A stretch of DNA of 64,000 bases, taken from contig JAJTFW010000014.1 in assembly GCA_021299095.1 (NCBI GenBank), positions 9,101 to 73,100 of the forward strand, given 5' to 3'. Source of the DNA: Sphingobacteriales bacterium. GTDB lineage: Bacteria > Bacteroidota > Bacteroidia > AKYH767-A > OLB10. The stretch's first letter is position 1. Every line of letters starts with the position of its first letter. Position numbers and translations under genes: made by a program. Below are positions 28,339 to 37,524 of this stretch, piece after piece. The notes under the pieces are model-generated. The model did no database searches. It worked only from the letters and a program-made list of their open reading frames with translations, and was not told the origin of the DNA.

Positions 28339-29085
28339 TTAGCTTTCTCCGAAGATAAGCTTCAATCCTGCAGTGAAAAGCACAAAAGCCAAGGTCTTTT
28401 TCAGCCATGCTGCGTTGAAACGTTGAGCTCCTAGCCAAGAACCGACGAATCCACCGACCAAAGCGAATACCAGATAAATCACCAAATGCGGCTGCTGTAT
28501 GGATTCCATGGCCTGGGTATGGGATCCCAATAGGCCGGCTGTTGAATTGAGCAGAATGAAAAGGGCTGAAATACCCGCTGCTTCTTTTGCTCCGGACCAC
28601 CCGGATAGGATCAATAAGGGACTCAAAAGAATACCGCCTCCGATACCCAGCATTCCGCTCAAACCACCAAGTAACAATCCCGTGATTGCAAGAACACTGG
28701 TCGAAGGTGGCTTGGTATTGACGTTTTCGTTTCCGGAGATATAATACAAAGGAATGCAAATAATAATCAGCGTTAAGCCAAGCATTGACTTGTAAAGCGT
28801 TTCCTCAATCCGAATGCCTGCAGAAAAAAATGCGGCAGGAACCGAACACAATGCCAATGGAAGAAAAACGTTTGAACTAAAGTGCCCCTTACTCCAAAAC
28901 CGAATGAATGCAATGCAAGATACAAGCATGTTCAGCCAAAGTGCTGATGACTTGACAAGGAGGACAGGGCTTCCGCTCAAGACCAAAATGGCAAGGTAGG
29001 CGCTTGCACCGCCATGACCGACCGATGCGTACAAGATTGCAGCTAGGGCTATCAGTACTGGAATAAGCCAATCTAAGTCGACCAT
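28339..29085 (-). CDS. TauE/SafE-family (sulfite-exporter-like) anion permease
   Basis: 248 aa with about 7-8 hydrophobic segments, twofold GGG.GG-containing repeats (SVGHGGASAYL; GMLGIGGGILLSPLL). Overlaps the moeA stop by 13 nt. Confidence 0.75.
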   Translation of the reverse strand: MVDLDWLIPVLIALAAILYASVGHGGASAYLAILVLSGSPVLLVKSSALWLNMLVSCIAFIRFWSKGHFSSNVFLPLALCSVPAAFFSAGIRIEETLYKSMLGLTLIIICIPLYYISGNENVNTKPPSTSVLAITGLLLGGLSGMLGIGGGILLSPLLILSGWSGAKEAAGISALFILLNSTAGLLGSHTQAMESIQQPHLVIYLVFALVGGFVGSWLGAQRFNAAWLKKTLAFVLFTAGLKLIFGES

Positions 29086-30284
29086 TGGTGATTGGAAGAA
29101 GTAGGGAGAAAGCTAACCGTTTCGCCTGGATTCAAAATTGTGGTTTGTTCCTCGATCAAAGCAAAGCCCTCAATTTGCGCAAATCCACTGACTTTATAGC
29201 TTTCCTGCTGATCCAACAGAACAACCCGTCCAGCCTCGATTCGGGCTTTGAGCAGGTGTGTAAGCCCGGCCTTCTTGGTATAGGAAAAACCCGAAGTCAT
29301 TCCCCGCGCAGATCGAACTTTCAACCCGCAAACCGATTCCAAAAAGGGTTTTACGAGGGTATGGAAAGCCGTAATGACTGAACCGGGATTACCGGGCAAC
29401 CCAAAGACATGCTTTCCGGAGCCGGCAGCAAACAGCAATGGCTTGGCCGGCTTTTGACGGACTTTGTGAAAAATCGTTTTCAGTCCATTGCGCTTTACTG
29501 CCTCAGGTACAAAATCATAATCTCCCACTGATACGCCACCCGTAACCAACAGGAGATCGCACTGCTTTAACGCTGCGCGTATTGTTTTCTCTAGTTCGCC
29601 TAGCTTATCGCCACAACGAATGATCCGCACGGGATTTAGTCCTGATTCCCGAAGTAAACAAGTCAATGCAATCCCATTCGATTCGAATACTTCCCCTGGT
29701 TGAATTTTTTCGCCGGGTTGTCGCAGTTCATCACCCGTAACCAGAATACTGATTCGGGGTTGCTTCCGAACCCTGACCGCAGTGATACCAGCAGAAGCAA
29801 GGGAGGAAATTGCACCGGCATTTAAAAACTGCCCACAATCGAACAAAACGGCACCTTTTTGAATGTGCGAACCGCGTAGGCGGATGTTTTTTCCTTTGAA
29901 AATCTGATTGTCAAGAGAACGAATCGTTGAATTGCGTGCATCGACCAATTCTTGGGCAACGACTGTATCAAGGCCGTTTGGTACTGCTGCGCCGGTAAAG
30001 ATGCGTACGGCCTGGTTTGCGCTTATTTTAATTGTATCAATTGCACCCGCTTTTCGGACTCCAGAAACGTGAAGTTCGCCCGAACCAGACAAATCAACAT
30101 AACGAAAGGCATACCCGTCCATCGCAGCCTGATTGAATCCGGGCTGGTCTGAAGGGGCTTTGACCGCAGCAGCCAGCACCCGTCCATGAGCGAATTCAAG
30201 TTCCACGCGCTCAATACCGATCGGTCTTGCATGCTTGAGCACCAGGTCAAGCGCTTCGCTATACGAGACCATGCTGCTTTTCAT
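29073..30284 (-). CDS. moeA: molybdopterin molybdotransferase MoeA
   Basis: 403 aa with AMDGYAF, LLVTGGVSVGDYDF, GLPGNPGS. Confidence 0.9.
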   Translation of the reverse strand: MKSSMVSYSEALDLVLKHARPIGIERVELEFAHGRVLAAAVKAPSDQPGFNQAAMDGYAFRYVDLSGSGELHVSGVRKAGAIDTIKISANQAVRIFTGAAVPNGLDTVVAQELVDARNSTIRSLDNQIFKGKNIRLRGSHIQKGAVLFDCGQFLNAGAISSLASAGITAVRVRKQPRISILVTGDELRQPGEKIQPGEVFESNGIALTCLLRESGLNPVRIIRCGDKLGELEKTIRAALKQCDLLLVTGGVSVGDYDFVPEAVKRNGLKTIFHKVRQKPAKPLLFAAGSGKHVFGLPGNPGSVITAFHTLVKPFLESVCGLKVRSARGMTSGFSYTKKAGLTHLLKARIEAGRVVLLDQQESYKVSGFAQIEGFALIEEQTTILNPGETVSFLPTSSNHQWST

Positions 30285-31291
30285 CCGCCAATCGCAATCA
30301 TGCTCCTGTTTTGAATGGACTCCGGTGCAATCGATTTAAAGTCTTGAACAAGTTGACCTCCACTTTCCGCATGCTTTGCGAAAAGTGCTTCACCGATTTG
30401 CTTTGCAATATCCTCCCCCCTTTTGTAAGCAGCCAGGACGTCAAATTCATCACGTCCAAACAGGCAGTTTTTCAGTTTGCCATCCGCTGTGAGACGCAAA
30501 CGGTTACAACCCGAACAAAATGGATGACTCATGGTACTGATGAGGGCAAATGTGCCTGTATACCCTTTCGAGCGATACGCTCGCGCCGTATCATTCGGAA
30601 GATCCTCCAGTTTGACAGGATGAAACACCGATACCCTATCCAAAATTTCTTGCTCAGATACGACCTGAGAAGCCGACCATCGGTTGTGTTTAAAAGGCAT
30701 GAATTCTATAAAACGTACATGCAGATCATTCCGTCGCGTCAATTCAACAAAGGCTGGTAATTCGTGGTCATTTACTCCACGCATAACCACCATATTCAAC
30801 TTGATCCTGAAACCCATGTTTAAGGCCTCATGGATTGCATTCATTACGATATCAAATCCCTCCCGACCCGTGATTTTTTGAAATGTTCCTGCGTCCAGGC
30901 TATCCAGTGAAATATTGATTGAGCGGACGTTCGATCGCTTCAATAATTCCAACTGTTGCTGAAGAAAGTATGCATTGGTTGTCAAGGTTAACTCAACACC
31001 TAAATCACTCAGGCCATTAACGATTTCAGCGAAGTCTCTTCGTATGAGCGGCTCACCTCCTGTGAGGCGTATCTTGTTTACTCCTAGCGAAACGAATGCA
31101 GCGGCCAACCCTATTATTTCGCTGCTGCTCATCCATTTTTTACCGGCAAAATAATCCTGGCCGAACACATCGGCAGGCATGCAATAGCTGCATCTGAAAT
31201 TGCAATTGTCCGTGAGCGATATGCGCAGGTAATTGTGCTTTCGCCCAAATTTATCAATGAGGAAAGGTGGAGCACCCTCTATCGAATTCAT
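30281..31291 (-). CDS. moaA: GTP 3',8-cyclase MoaA (radical SAM)
   Basis: LRISLTDNCNFRCSYC radical-SAM cluster, C-terminal CSGCNRLRLTADGKL and ..IAIGG. Start ATG 31291 overlaps the upstream stop (ATGA). Confidence 0.92.
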   Translation of the reverse strand: MNSIEGAPPFLIDKFGRKHNYLRISLTDNCNFRCSYCMPADVFGQDYFAGKKWMSSSEIIGLAAAFVSLGVNKIRLTGGEPLIRRDFAEIVNGLSDLGVELTLTTNAYFLQQQLELLKRSNVRSINISLDSLDAGTFQKITGREGFDIVMNAIHEALNMGFRIKLNMVVMRGVNDHELPAFVELTRRNDLHVRFIEFMPFKHNRWSASQVVSEQEILDRVSVFHPVKLEDLPNDTARAYRSKGYTGTFALISTMSHPFCSGCNRLRLTADGKLKNCLFGRDEFDVLAAYKRGEDIAKQIGEALFAKHAESGGQLVQDFKSIAPESIQNRSMIAIGG

Positions 31292-32184
31292 GCTTCGATT
31301 GCCTCCCTTTTTCGTTTCCAACGCCGGTGCGTCCAAAGCCAAAATTCCGGATTAGCACAGATATCCCTTTCAAGCATGCGGGTGTGCGTCTCAGTAATTT
31401 CACCGTGCCTAACTTCCGTTGGGCTATTTGTGATCAGCCGGAATTCACATTCGTACTTCCCTCGGGCCACCTTATGGATGCATCCGAAAAGGACCGGTTG
31501 ATCGTAGCGCAACGCGTACCGTTCAGTCCCAAATAGCACTGCCGTGTCTTGGTTCAGAAATTCCATCCAGTAAGCCTTACCCGAGCGGGACGGACTTTGG
31601 TCTGATGCAAAAATGGAGAGTGTTGGTCGATCTAGTTGTCGCTCAAATGACTGCTGCACTTCTTTGATTGAAACCATTTCAAGCCCGAACATACCACGCG
31701 TGGCCCGCATTTTCTGGTCGAAAAACGCATTGGTCAAGGGTTTATAAAGTGCAACACAATGGTGTTTCACTGCACCGGCAATGGCCACCGCAAACAATTC
31801 CCAGTTATTGAAGTGACCACCGGCCAGTATCACACTTTTGCCTTCTGCTGCGAATCGATTTACGATTTCGGGGTTGCGGAAGCGCATGCGGTTTTTAGCT
31901 TCCTGTTCGCTGATGGAGAAGATCTTGACACTCTCCACGATCAAATCACAGAAATGCCTGTAAAAAGCCTTCATGATCCTGCGTTTTTCTTGATTGGACT
32001 TTTCGGGAAAAGACCGATCAATGTTCTCCCGGACGACTTTCTTCCGGTAGGGTGTCAGGTAAAAAAACACCAGAAACAGCACATCGGACAACATATATAA
32101 AAGCCGCATCGGGAATAAGGATAGCGGCTTGATGAACAGGTAAAACAACAAGGCTGCAGCCAGGTTCGAAAAGGTCTTTTTCAT
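31288..32184 (-). CDS. LpxL/HtrB-type lysophospholipid / lipid A acyltransferase
   Basis: N-terminal TM segment, R.NI..SFPEKS, ILAGGHFNNWE (the HX4D/E-like acyltransferase box of this family). Start moved to ATG 32184 (MKKTFSN..). Confidence 0.7.
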   Translation of the reverse strand: MKKTFSNLAAALLFYLFIKPLSLFPMRLLYMLSDVLFLVFFYLTPYRKKVVRENIDRSFPEKSNQEKRRIMKAFYRHFCDLIVESVKIFSISEQEAKNRMRFRNPEIVNRFAAEGKSVILAGGHFNNWELFAVAIAGAVKHHCVALYKPLTNAFFDQKMRATRGMFGLEMVSIKEVQQSFERQLDRPTLSIFASDQSPSRSGKAYWMEFLNQDTAVLFGTERYALRYDQPVLFGCIHKVARGKYECEFRLITNSPTEVRHGEITETHTRMLERDICANPEFWLWTHRRWKRKREAIEA

Positions 32185-32228
32185 CACTGCGAATATCATA
32201 AATAGAAAGCAGGGTTCAACGTGGGTCT

Positions 32229-32236
32229 TATCTTTG
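32229..32236 (+). promoter_or_regulatory. -7 box candidate (TAnnTTTG) for the PIG-L gene
   Basis: TATCTTTG ends 6 nt before ATG 32243. It contains the TTG that the track used as the start. Confidence 0.3.
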
Positions 32237-32242
32237 AAGGAT

Positions 32243-34705
32243 ATGAATTCGATGCTACGTCTCCTCCTACTCCTGCTGCTTTTTTTCTGTACTGAGGCCC
32301 AAGGTTCCAATCCAACTTCCTCCGCCGATTTGCACCACAGGATGAGGCGTCTGCGTCAAACCATCAGTGTGCTGTATGTAGCAGCGCATCCTGATGACGA
32401 AAATACAAGGTTAATCACCTGGATGTCGAAGGAAAAAGCCTACCGTACCTCCTATGTTTCATTAACACGGGGCGATGGTGGCCAAAACCTGATCGGTTCT
32501 GAGCTGGGAGTGGAATTGGGATTGATCCGCACCCGCGAACTGATGTCGGCACGTGAAATAGATGGTGGAACGCAGTATTTCACCAGCGCCGTCGATTTTG
32601 GGTATTCGAAAACGTCCGATGAAACACTAAGGAAATGGAATCACGACCGAGTCCTTGAAGACCTTGTCCGGGTCATTCGGACAGTTCAGCCGGATGTTAT
32701 TATCTGCCGGTTCCCGCCCGATAAGCGAGCTGGACACGGACACCATGCGGCCAGTGCCATCCTGGCGGAAGAGGCCTTTAGGATAGCAGGCGACTCCGCC
32801 GCGTACAGCCAAAATCCAGGTTTTCCAAGTCCTTGGCAAGCGCGAAGGATTGTATGGAATACGTTTCGTTTCGGAAGCAACAACACCATTACAGCAAATC
32901 AACCCTGGATTGATGCAGGCGGCTTCGATCCCATCAGTGGATATTCAAATGGCGAATTGGCTGCCATGAGCAGGTCACAACATAAAAGCCAAGGATTTGG
33001 TGTTGCCTTGCAGCGAGGAATCTTAAAAGAGTATTTCACCGCCGTATCCGGCGATACCGTTTTTAGCGACCCGTTTGAACACCTTCAGGATCGGTGGGAC
33101 ACCTATCCGAATGGAGGTGTTTTGGCCAGGCAAATCGAAAAACTGATCGATCAATTTGATTTTCTACATCCGGATGCAAGTCTTCCGGAACTACTCCGAT
33201 TACGGAGCATGATGCTTGAGCAGGCACAAGACCCTTGGATTCAGTACAAAATCAATGAAGTGGAATTGCTGATTGGCGGTTGCATGGGACTTTGGACCTC
33301 GGCCTACTCACTTCGCGAGCATGTGGTTGTTGGCGATACCTTTTCTGTTGATGTGCAGGTATTGATACGCAACAATGTGTCTGCAAGCTGTCGATTCTCT
33401 CCCTTAGCTCAAGGGGATACCATGAAAAAAATGGATTTGATTCCTCAGCAGATTTCATCTCTTCAGCTCGTTCTGCGTGCACCAAATGAACCAAGTCAAC
33501 CCTATTGGCTCGAAGGAGCCGGCGAGGACGGTTGCTTCGGAAGACATTCTGGCGGAATGAGCATCGAACCCTGGAGCCGTCCACCCGTCACTATTCCGGT
33601 TTTAATCAGCTTGGGTGATCAAACGCTGCTTCTCGAAATTCCGGTCGAATACAAACGGACAGACCCAGTTAAGGGGGAATTGGTGCATGAAATTTCAATT
33701 ACTCCAATTTTGACCGGAGATTTTGAATACAAAACCGTCGTGTTCAGTTCCGGATCAGCCAAAACAATGCAATTGAACCTGACTTACCACGGAAATGTAA
33801 AAGATTCCTTTCAGCTAATTATGAATGCAGGGAATGGTTGGATTTGTTCTACCGACACGTTGATTGCGTTTGATAAGGAATCAAGGAGGAAGCAAGTTTC
33901 GCTTCTGATCAGACCAAGTGATTTCAATAATTCAGGTTCTGGTAGTCTGTTGATACGCTATGTAGACAGCCAAGGGCGTACCAGGCAATTGCATCGAATG
34001 CGCGAAATCGAATACGCGCACATCCCGAAAATCACGTGGTTTCCCGAATGCGGTTTAAAAATGACCACTGTGAATTTGGATGTGAAGCCCTGTAAAATCG
34101 TGTATATCGAGGGTGCAGGTGATGAGGTTGCCGGAGTTCTGAAGCAAATCGGTTACGAAGTCATTGTAACCGATGCTGAGGGCCTGATGAAAACGGATCT
34201 TAGAGATGTTACAGCAATCGTTACGGGGATTCGAGCCTATAATACCGACAAGAAGTTACCTGAAGCACGCGAAAAGATGATGCAGTTTGTCCGAAATGGT
34301 GGACGACTGATTGTTCAATACAATACCAACTCCAATCTTAGTCCGGGCAGTGTAATGGCTCCATCTCCCTTCATCATCACACGGAATCGGGTCACCGAAG
34401 AAGATGCGCCAGTCACTATGTCCGATACATCGCACACTTTGTTCAATCACCCGAACCGCATCGGACCAAACGATTTTAGGGGATGGATACAGGAACGCGG
34501 CTTGTATTTTGCCGGCGAAATCGGATCAAACTACACGGATTTGCTGCGGATGGCTGATACCGGAGAGGAGCCTGTAGGTGGTAGTTTGATTTACACGGAA
34601 CTCGGCAAGGGCATGTTCATTTATACCGGCCTTGCCTTTTTTCGTCAATTGCCCAATGGAAATCCGGGAGCCATACGGTTGTTTTCTAACCTCATCGGCC
34701 ACTGA
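32243..34705 (+). CDS. PIG-L/LmbE-family deacetylase with a large C-terminal extension
   Basis: Signal peptide, VAAHPDDEN and RAGHGHH metal motifs of LmbE-like deacetylases, about 820 aa. Confidence 0.8.
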   Translation: MNSMLRLLLLLLLFFCTEAQGSNPTSSADLHHRMRRLRQTISVLYVAAHPDDENTRLITWMSKEKAYRTSYVSLTRGDGGQNLIGSELGVELGLIRTRELMSAREIDGGTQYFTSAVDFGYSKTSDETLRKWNHDRVLEDLVRVIRTVQPDVIICRFPPDKRAGHGHHAASAILAEEAFRIAGDSAAYSQNPGFPSPWQARRIVWNTFRFGSNNTITANQPWIDAGGFDPISGYSNGELAAMSRSQHKSQGFGVALQRGILKEYFTAVSGDTVFSDPFEHLQDRWDTYPNGGVLARQIEKLIDQFDFLHPDASLPELLRLRSMMLEQAQDPWIQYKINEVELLIGGCMGLWTSAYSLREHVVVGDTFSVDVQVLIRNNVSASCRFSPLAQGDTMKKMDLIPQQISSLQLVLRAPNEPSQPYWLEGAGEDGCFGRHSGGMSIEPWSRPPVTIPVLISLGDQTLLLEIPVEYKRTDPVKGELVHEISITPILTGDFEYKTVVFSSGSAKTMQLNLTYHGNVKDSFQLIMNAGNGWICSTDTLIAFDKESRRKQVSLLIRPSDFNNSGSGSLLIRYVDSQGRTRQLHRMREIEYAHIPKITWFPECGLKMTTVNLDVKPCKIVYIEGAGDEVAGVLKQIGYEVIVTDAEGLMKTDLRDVTAIVTGIRAYNTDKKLPEAREKMMQFVRNGGRLIVQYNTNSNLSPGSVMAPSPFIITRNRVTEEDAPVTMSDTSHTLFNHPNRIGPNDFRGWIQERGLYFAGEIGSNYTDLLRMADTGEEPVGGSLIYTELGKGMFIYTGLAFFRQLPNGNPGAIRLFSNLIGH

Positions 34706-34709
34706 TGAA

Positions 34710-34817
34710 ATGACACACGGCCACTTCAAATTCCTGCTCAAAGAATACGGTCCAGTGATTAGCTTCCTGATTATCCAGATTCTATTTTACACCTGGTTTG
34801 GCGCTTATTTCTCATGA
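34710..34817 (+). CDS. 35-codon single-TM micro-ORF coupled to the symporter gene
   Basis: MTHGHFKFLLKEYGPVISFLIIQILFYTWFGAYFS. This is the first long ORF after the PIG-L stop. Its TGA overlaps the symporter ATG (ATGA at 34814-34817). No homology claim. Confidence 0.35.
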   Translation: MTHGHFKFLLKEYGPVISFLIIQILFYTWFGAYFS

Positions 34818-36532
34818 GTATCGTTGATTGGCTTGTTTTACTGTTCACCTTCGCCATTGTCATTGGTTACGGGGTCTACAAAAGCAGAGGACAACGCGAC
34901 TTAAATAGCTTTTTCCTCAGTAACCAAAGTATGCCCTGGTATCTTGTCTTGTTCGCCATAATGGGAACACAAGCCAGTGCCATCACCTTTCTCTCAGCTC
35001 CAGGACAAGCTTATACCGACGGACTGAGGTTTGTGCAATACTATTTCGGACTTCCCCTGGCCATGGTTGTCATTGCGGCCTTTTTTCTGCCTGCATACAG
35101 AAGCAGCGGGTTTTACACGGCCTATGAGTACCTCGAGCATCGCTTCGACCGGAAAACGAGACTGCTTACATCCTTCTTGTTTTTGTTGCAACGAGGGTTA
35201 TCAACCGGCATCAGCATTTATGCTCCATCGCTCATCTTATCGGCTTTGATGGGCTGGGACATTGCCATCACAAATCTGTGTATGGGTGGATTACTCATCC
35301 TGTATGCGGTCAGTGGCGGCTCGAAGGCCATCACCTATACGCAAACCCAACAATTGCTGATTATTTTCTCTGGGATGGGAATTGCAGGTTATCTGGCGGT
35401 TGAAGGATTGCCGGAGAGCTGGAGTTTTTCGGACGCGCTTCATATTTCAGGGGCTACGGGCAAACTCAATGCAATCACAACCGGAATTAATTCCGATGGA
35501 TTCAACTGGAAGGACAAGTACAACTTGTTTAGCGGTATCATCGGAGGCTTTTTCCTTGCACTCTCCTATTTCGGAACAGACCAAAGCCAGGTTGGCCGCT
35601 ACTTAACGGCTTCCAGTTTGAAAGAAAGCCGACGTAGTTTGCTGATGAATGGATTTGTTAAAATCCCGATGCAGTTTCTCATCTTACTTATTGGAGCACT
35701 GCTACTCACCCTTCACAGTTCTCAAAACCCACCGATTCATTTTAATACGGCCTTGCTTGAAAAAGCCCAAAAATCTACGGTTGGAGCCGAGCTAGGCGAA
35801 CTCGAGGTTCGTCATGAAGCCTGGGCCGCAAAACGAACCGAGAAGGCTGAATTACTGACTACTTACCTGAATTCTGGCAAGACGATACCGCAAGAGCTCA
35901 AAGATGAACTGCGCATCAGCAATGATTCTGTGGAGTCATGTCGAAAAGCAGCTCAGTCGTTAATGGCTTCCGGTGTACCTGGTTCCGATGTAAATGATAC
36001 CAATTATATCTTTTTGCATTTCGTGATCAATACCTTGCCTGAAGGGCTAGTCGGTTTGCTGATTGCGGTCATTTTTTTAGCCGCATGGGGCAGTATCGCT
36101 GCTGCACTAAACTCGCTGGCATCTACCTGCATGGTTGATTGGCATATGCCCTTACGTTCGAAAGCCAGGTCTGCTGAACGAGAACTCATGCTGAGCAGAT
36201 TGTACACCTTAGCCTGGGGCGTTTTTTCTATTGCTGTCGCATTTTTAGCCGGGCAACTGGGTTCGCTAATTGAGGCAGTAAACATTCTTGGTTCCTTATT
36301 TTACGGAACCATATTGGGGATATTCTGCGTGGCTTTGTTCATGCCGTTTATCCGCGGCAATGCTGTCTTTATTGCAGCTTTAATCACAGAATTTGCAGTA
36401 ATATTTGTTTTTCTATCCGACAGCATTTCTTTTTTATGGCTGAATGTAATCGGTTGTTTCGGAGTGCTGTTGGGAGCTAGCCTGCTCCACTTGCTTAAAC
36501 AAAAAAAGGCTCCGGCAGATGCCAGAGCCTAG
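34814..36532 (+). CDS. sodium:solute symporter family (SSF) transporter
   Basis: 572 aa, about 13-14 hydrophobic segments, an SSF-like N-terminal pattern (..FFLSNQSMPWYLV..MGTQASAITFLSAPG) and a long internal soluble loop. Confidence 0.8.
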   Translation: MSIVDWLVLLFTFAIVIGYGVYKSRGQRDLNSFFLSNQSMPWYLVLFAIMGTQASAITFLSAPGQAYTDGLRFVQYYFGLPLAMVVIAAFFLPAYRSSGFYTAYEYLEHRFDRKTRLLTSFLFLLQRGLSTGISIYAPSLILSALMGWDIAITNLCMGGLLILYAVSGGSKAITYTQTQQLLIIFSGMGIAGYLAVEGLPESWSFSDALHISGATGKLNAITTGINSDGFNWKDKYNLFSGIIGGFFLALSYFGTDQSQVGRYLTASSLKESRRSLLMNGFVKIPMQFLILLIGALLLTLHSSQNPPIHFNTALLEKAQKSTVGAELGELEVRHEAWAAKRTEKAELLTTYLNSGKTIPQELKDELRISNDSVESCRKAAQSLMASGVPGSDVNDTNYIFLHFVINTLPEGLVGLLIAVIFLAAWGSIAAALNSLASTCMVDWHMPLRSKARSAERELMLSRLYTLAWGVFSIAVAFLAGQLGSLIEAVNILGSLFYGTILGIFCVALFMPFIRGNAVFIAALITEFAVIFVFLSDSISFLWLNVIGCFGVLLGASLLHLLKQKKAPADARA

Positions 36533-36551
36533 TAGAATGCGTGTTAGGTTC

Positions 36552-37397
36552 TTATTTCAGCGATTCAATCAGCTTTTGGTTTAGGCGAACGTAATGATCG
36601 TCCTGGTCTTCCTGTGCAAGCTTCATCGATGACTTGGCTGTTTCTACCGCCTCAGCCTTCATACCGAGTTTGGCCTGACAGTTTGCTTTTTGATGGATGG
36701 TCCAATACGCTGAGGGATTATTAGAAATGGCCCTGTCGAACCAGGCAAGAGCCTGCTTCAAATCCTTGTCGTTTTCCATGTAGTAATTGGCAGCGGCGGA
36801 ATAGGGCCTGTTATCAGTGACTACATAGCGCTGAATATCCTTCATAATGCGTGCATCAATATCTACCTTGACCGTCATTTCAACCAGGGTCTTTTCCCAC
36901 ATCAACTGCACCTTACAGGAAGTCGGCTTTATATCGGCAAACTGCATGGTAAATGTTTCAACGGATGAACTTGTCGACTGTGGCTTAGCCGTTACACGAA
37001 CAACATCATCGTCCTGCTTGTAGCTTTCAGGTCCTGTGGTGGAAGTACTCTTGCTAATGATGAGTGTCCAACTGTCTTTACCGGGTATCGTCAGCAAACC
37101 GTATTTACCGGGATTGACTTTCGTGTCGGCGATTATAACAGTATCACCAAAGGTGATTGTAGTGGCCGAGTTGGCACCGGTTCGCCACACAGCACCAAAG
37201 GGAACAATATCCCCGAAAATTGTACGGCCTTTTACACCGGGTCTTGAATAAGACACCTCGATGTTTGAAAGCGCAAAATCTTGCTTTATCGTCTGAGCAG
37301 GAGATGGAGCCGGTATTTTCAGACTTTGAGCCGAAGCCGGACCAGGCAGCATTGCGATAAGAATCGCGGTGGCCAAGATGGTAGAGATGGGTTTCAT
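36552..37397 (-). CDS. DUF2911-domain protein with C-terminal TPR-like helices
   Basis: Signal peptide, GRTIFGDIVPFGAVWRTGANSATTITF (DUF2911 hallmark), and a TPR-like tail. Confidence 0.65.
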   Translation of the reverse strand: MKPISTILATAILIAMLPGPASAQSLKIPAPSPAQTIKQDFALSNIEVSYSRPGVKGRTIFGDIVPFGAVWRTGANSATTITFGDTVIIADTKVNPGKYGLLTIPGKDSWTLIISKSTSTTGPESYKQDDDVVRVTAKPQSTSSSVETFTMQFADIKPTSCKVQLMWEKTLVEMTVKVDIDARIMKDIQRYVVTDNRPYSAAANYYMENDKDLKQALAWFDRAISNNPSAYWTIHQKANCQAKLGMKAEAVETAKSSMKLAQEDQDDHYVRLNQKLIESLK

Positions 37398-37524
37398 GGT
37401 TTGATTTTAATACAGGTTAAACACGATTAGTGCATTATTGTTCAAAATTCGGAAAAATCGATGTTAGCGGGGCCCATTCGATCTCTTCTTATTCAATATT
37501 TACCGAATCCCAAGCCTGAAAGAG

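Noticed and set aside
28334-28759. N-terminal extensions of track ORFs: mobA to 28759, moaA to 31342, the acyltransferase to 32310, the methyltransferase to 8685, ftsK from 44901, mlaF from 56773, trxA from 58661.
   Set aside because: The extensions overlap well-supported neighbouring genes or lack family-typical sequence. Internal ATG or GTG starts give canonical N-termini (for example IMAGGRSSRMG for MobA) and tidy 4-nt overlaps.
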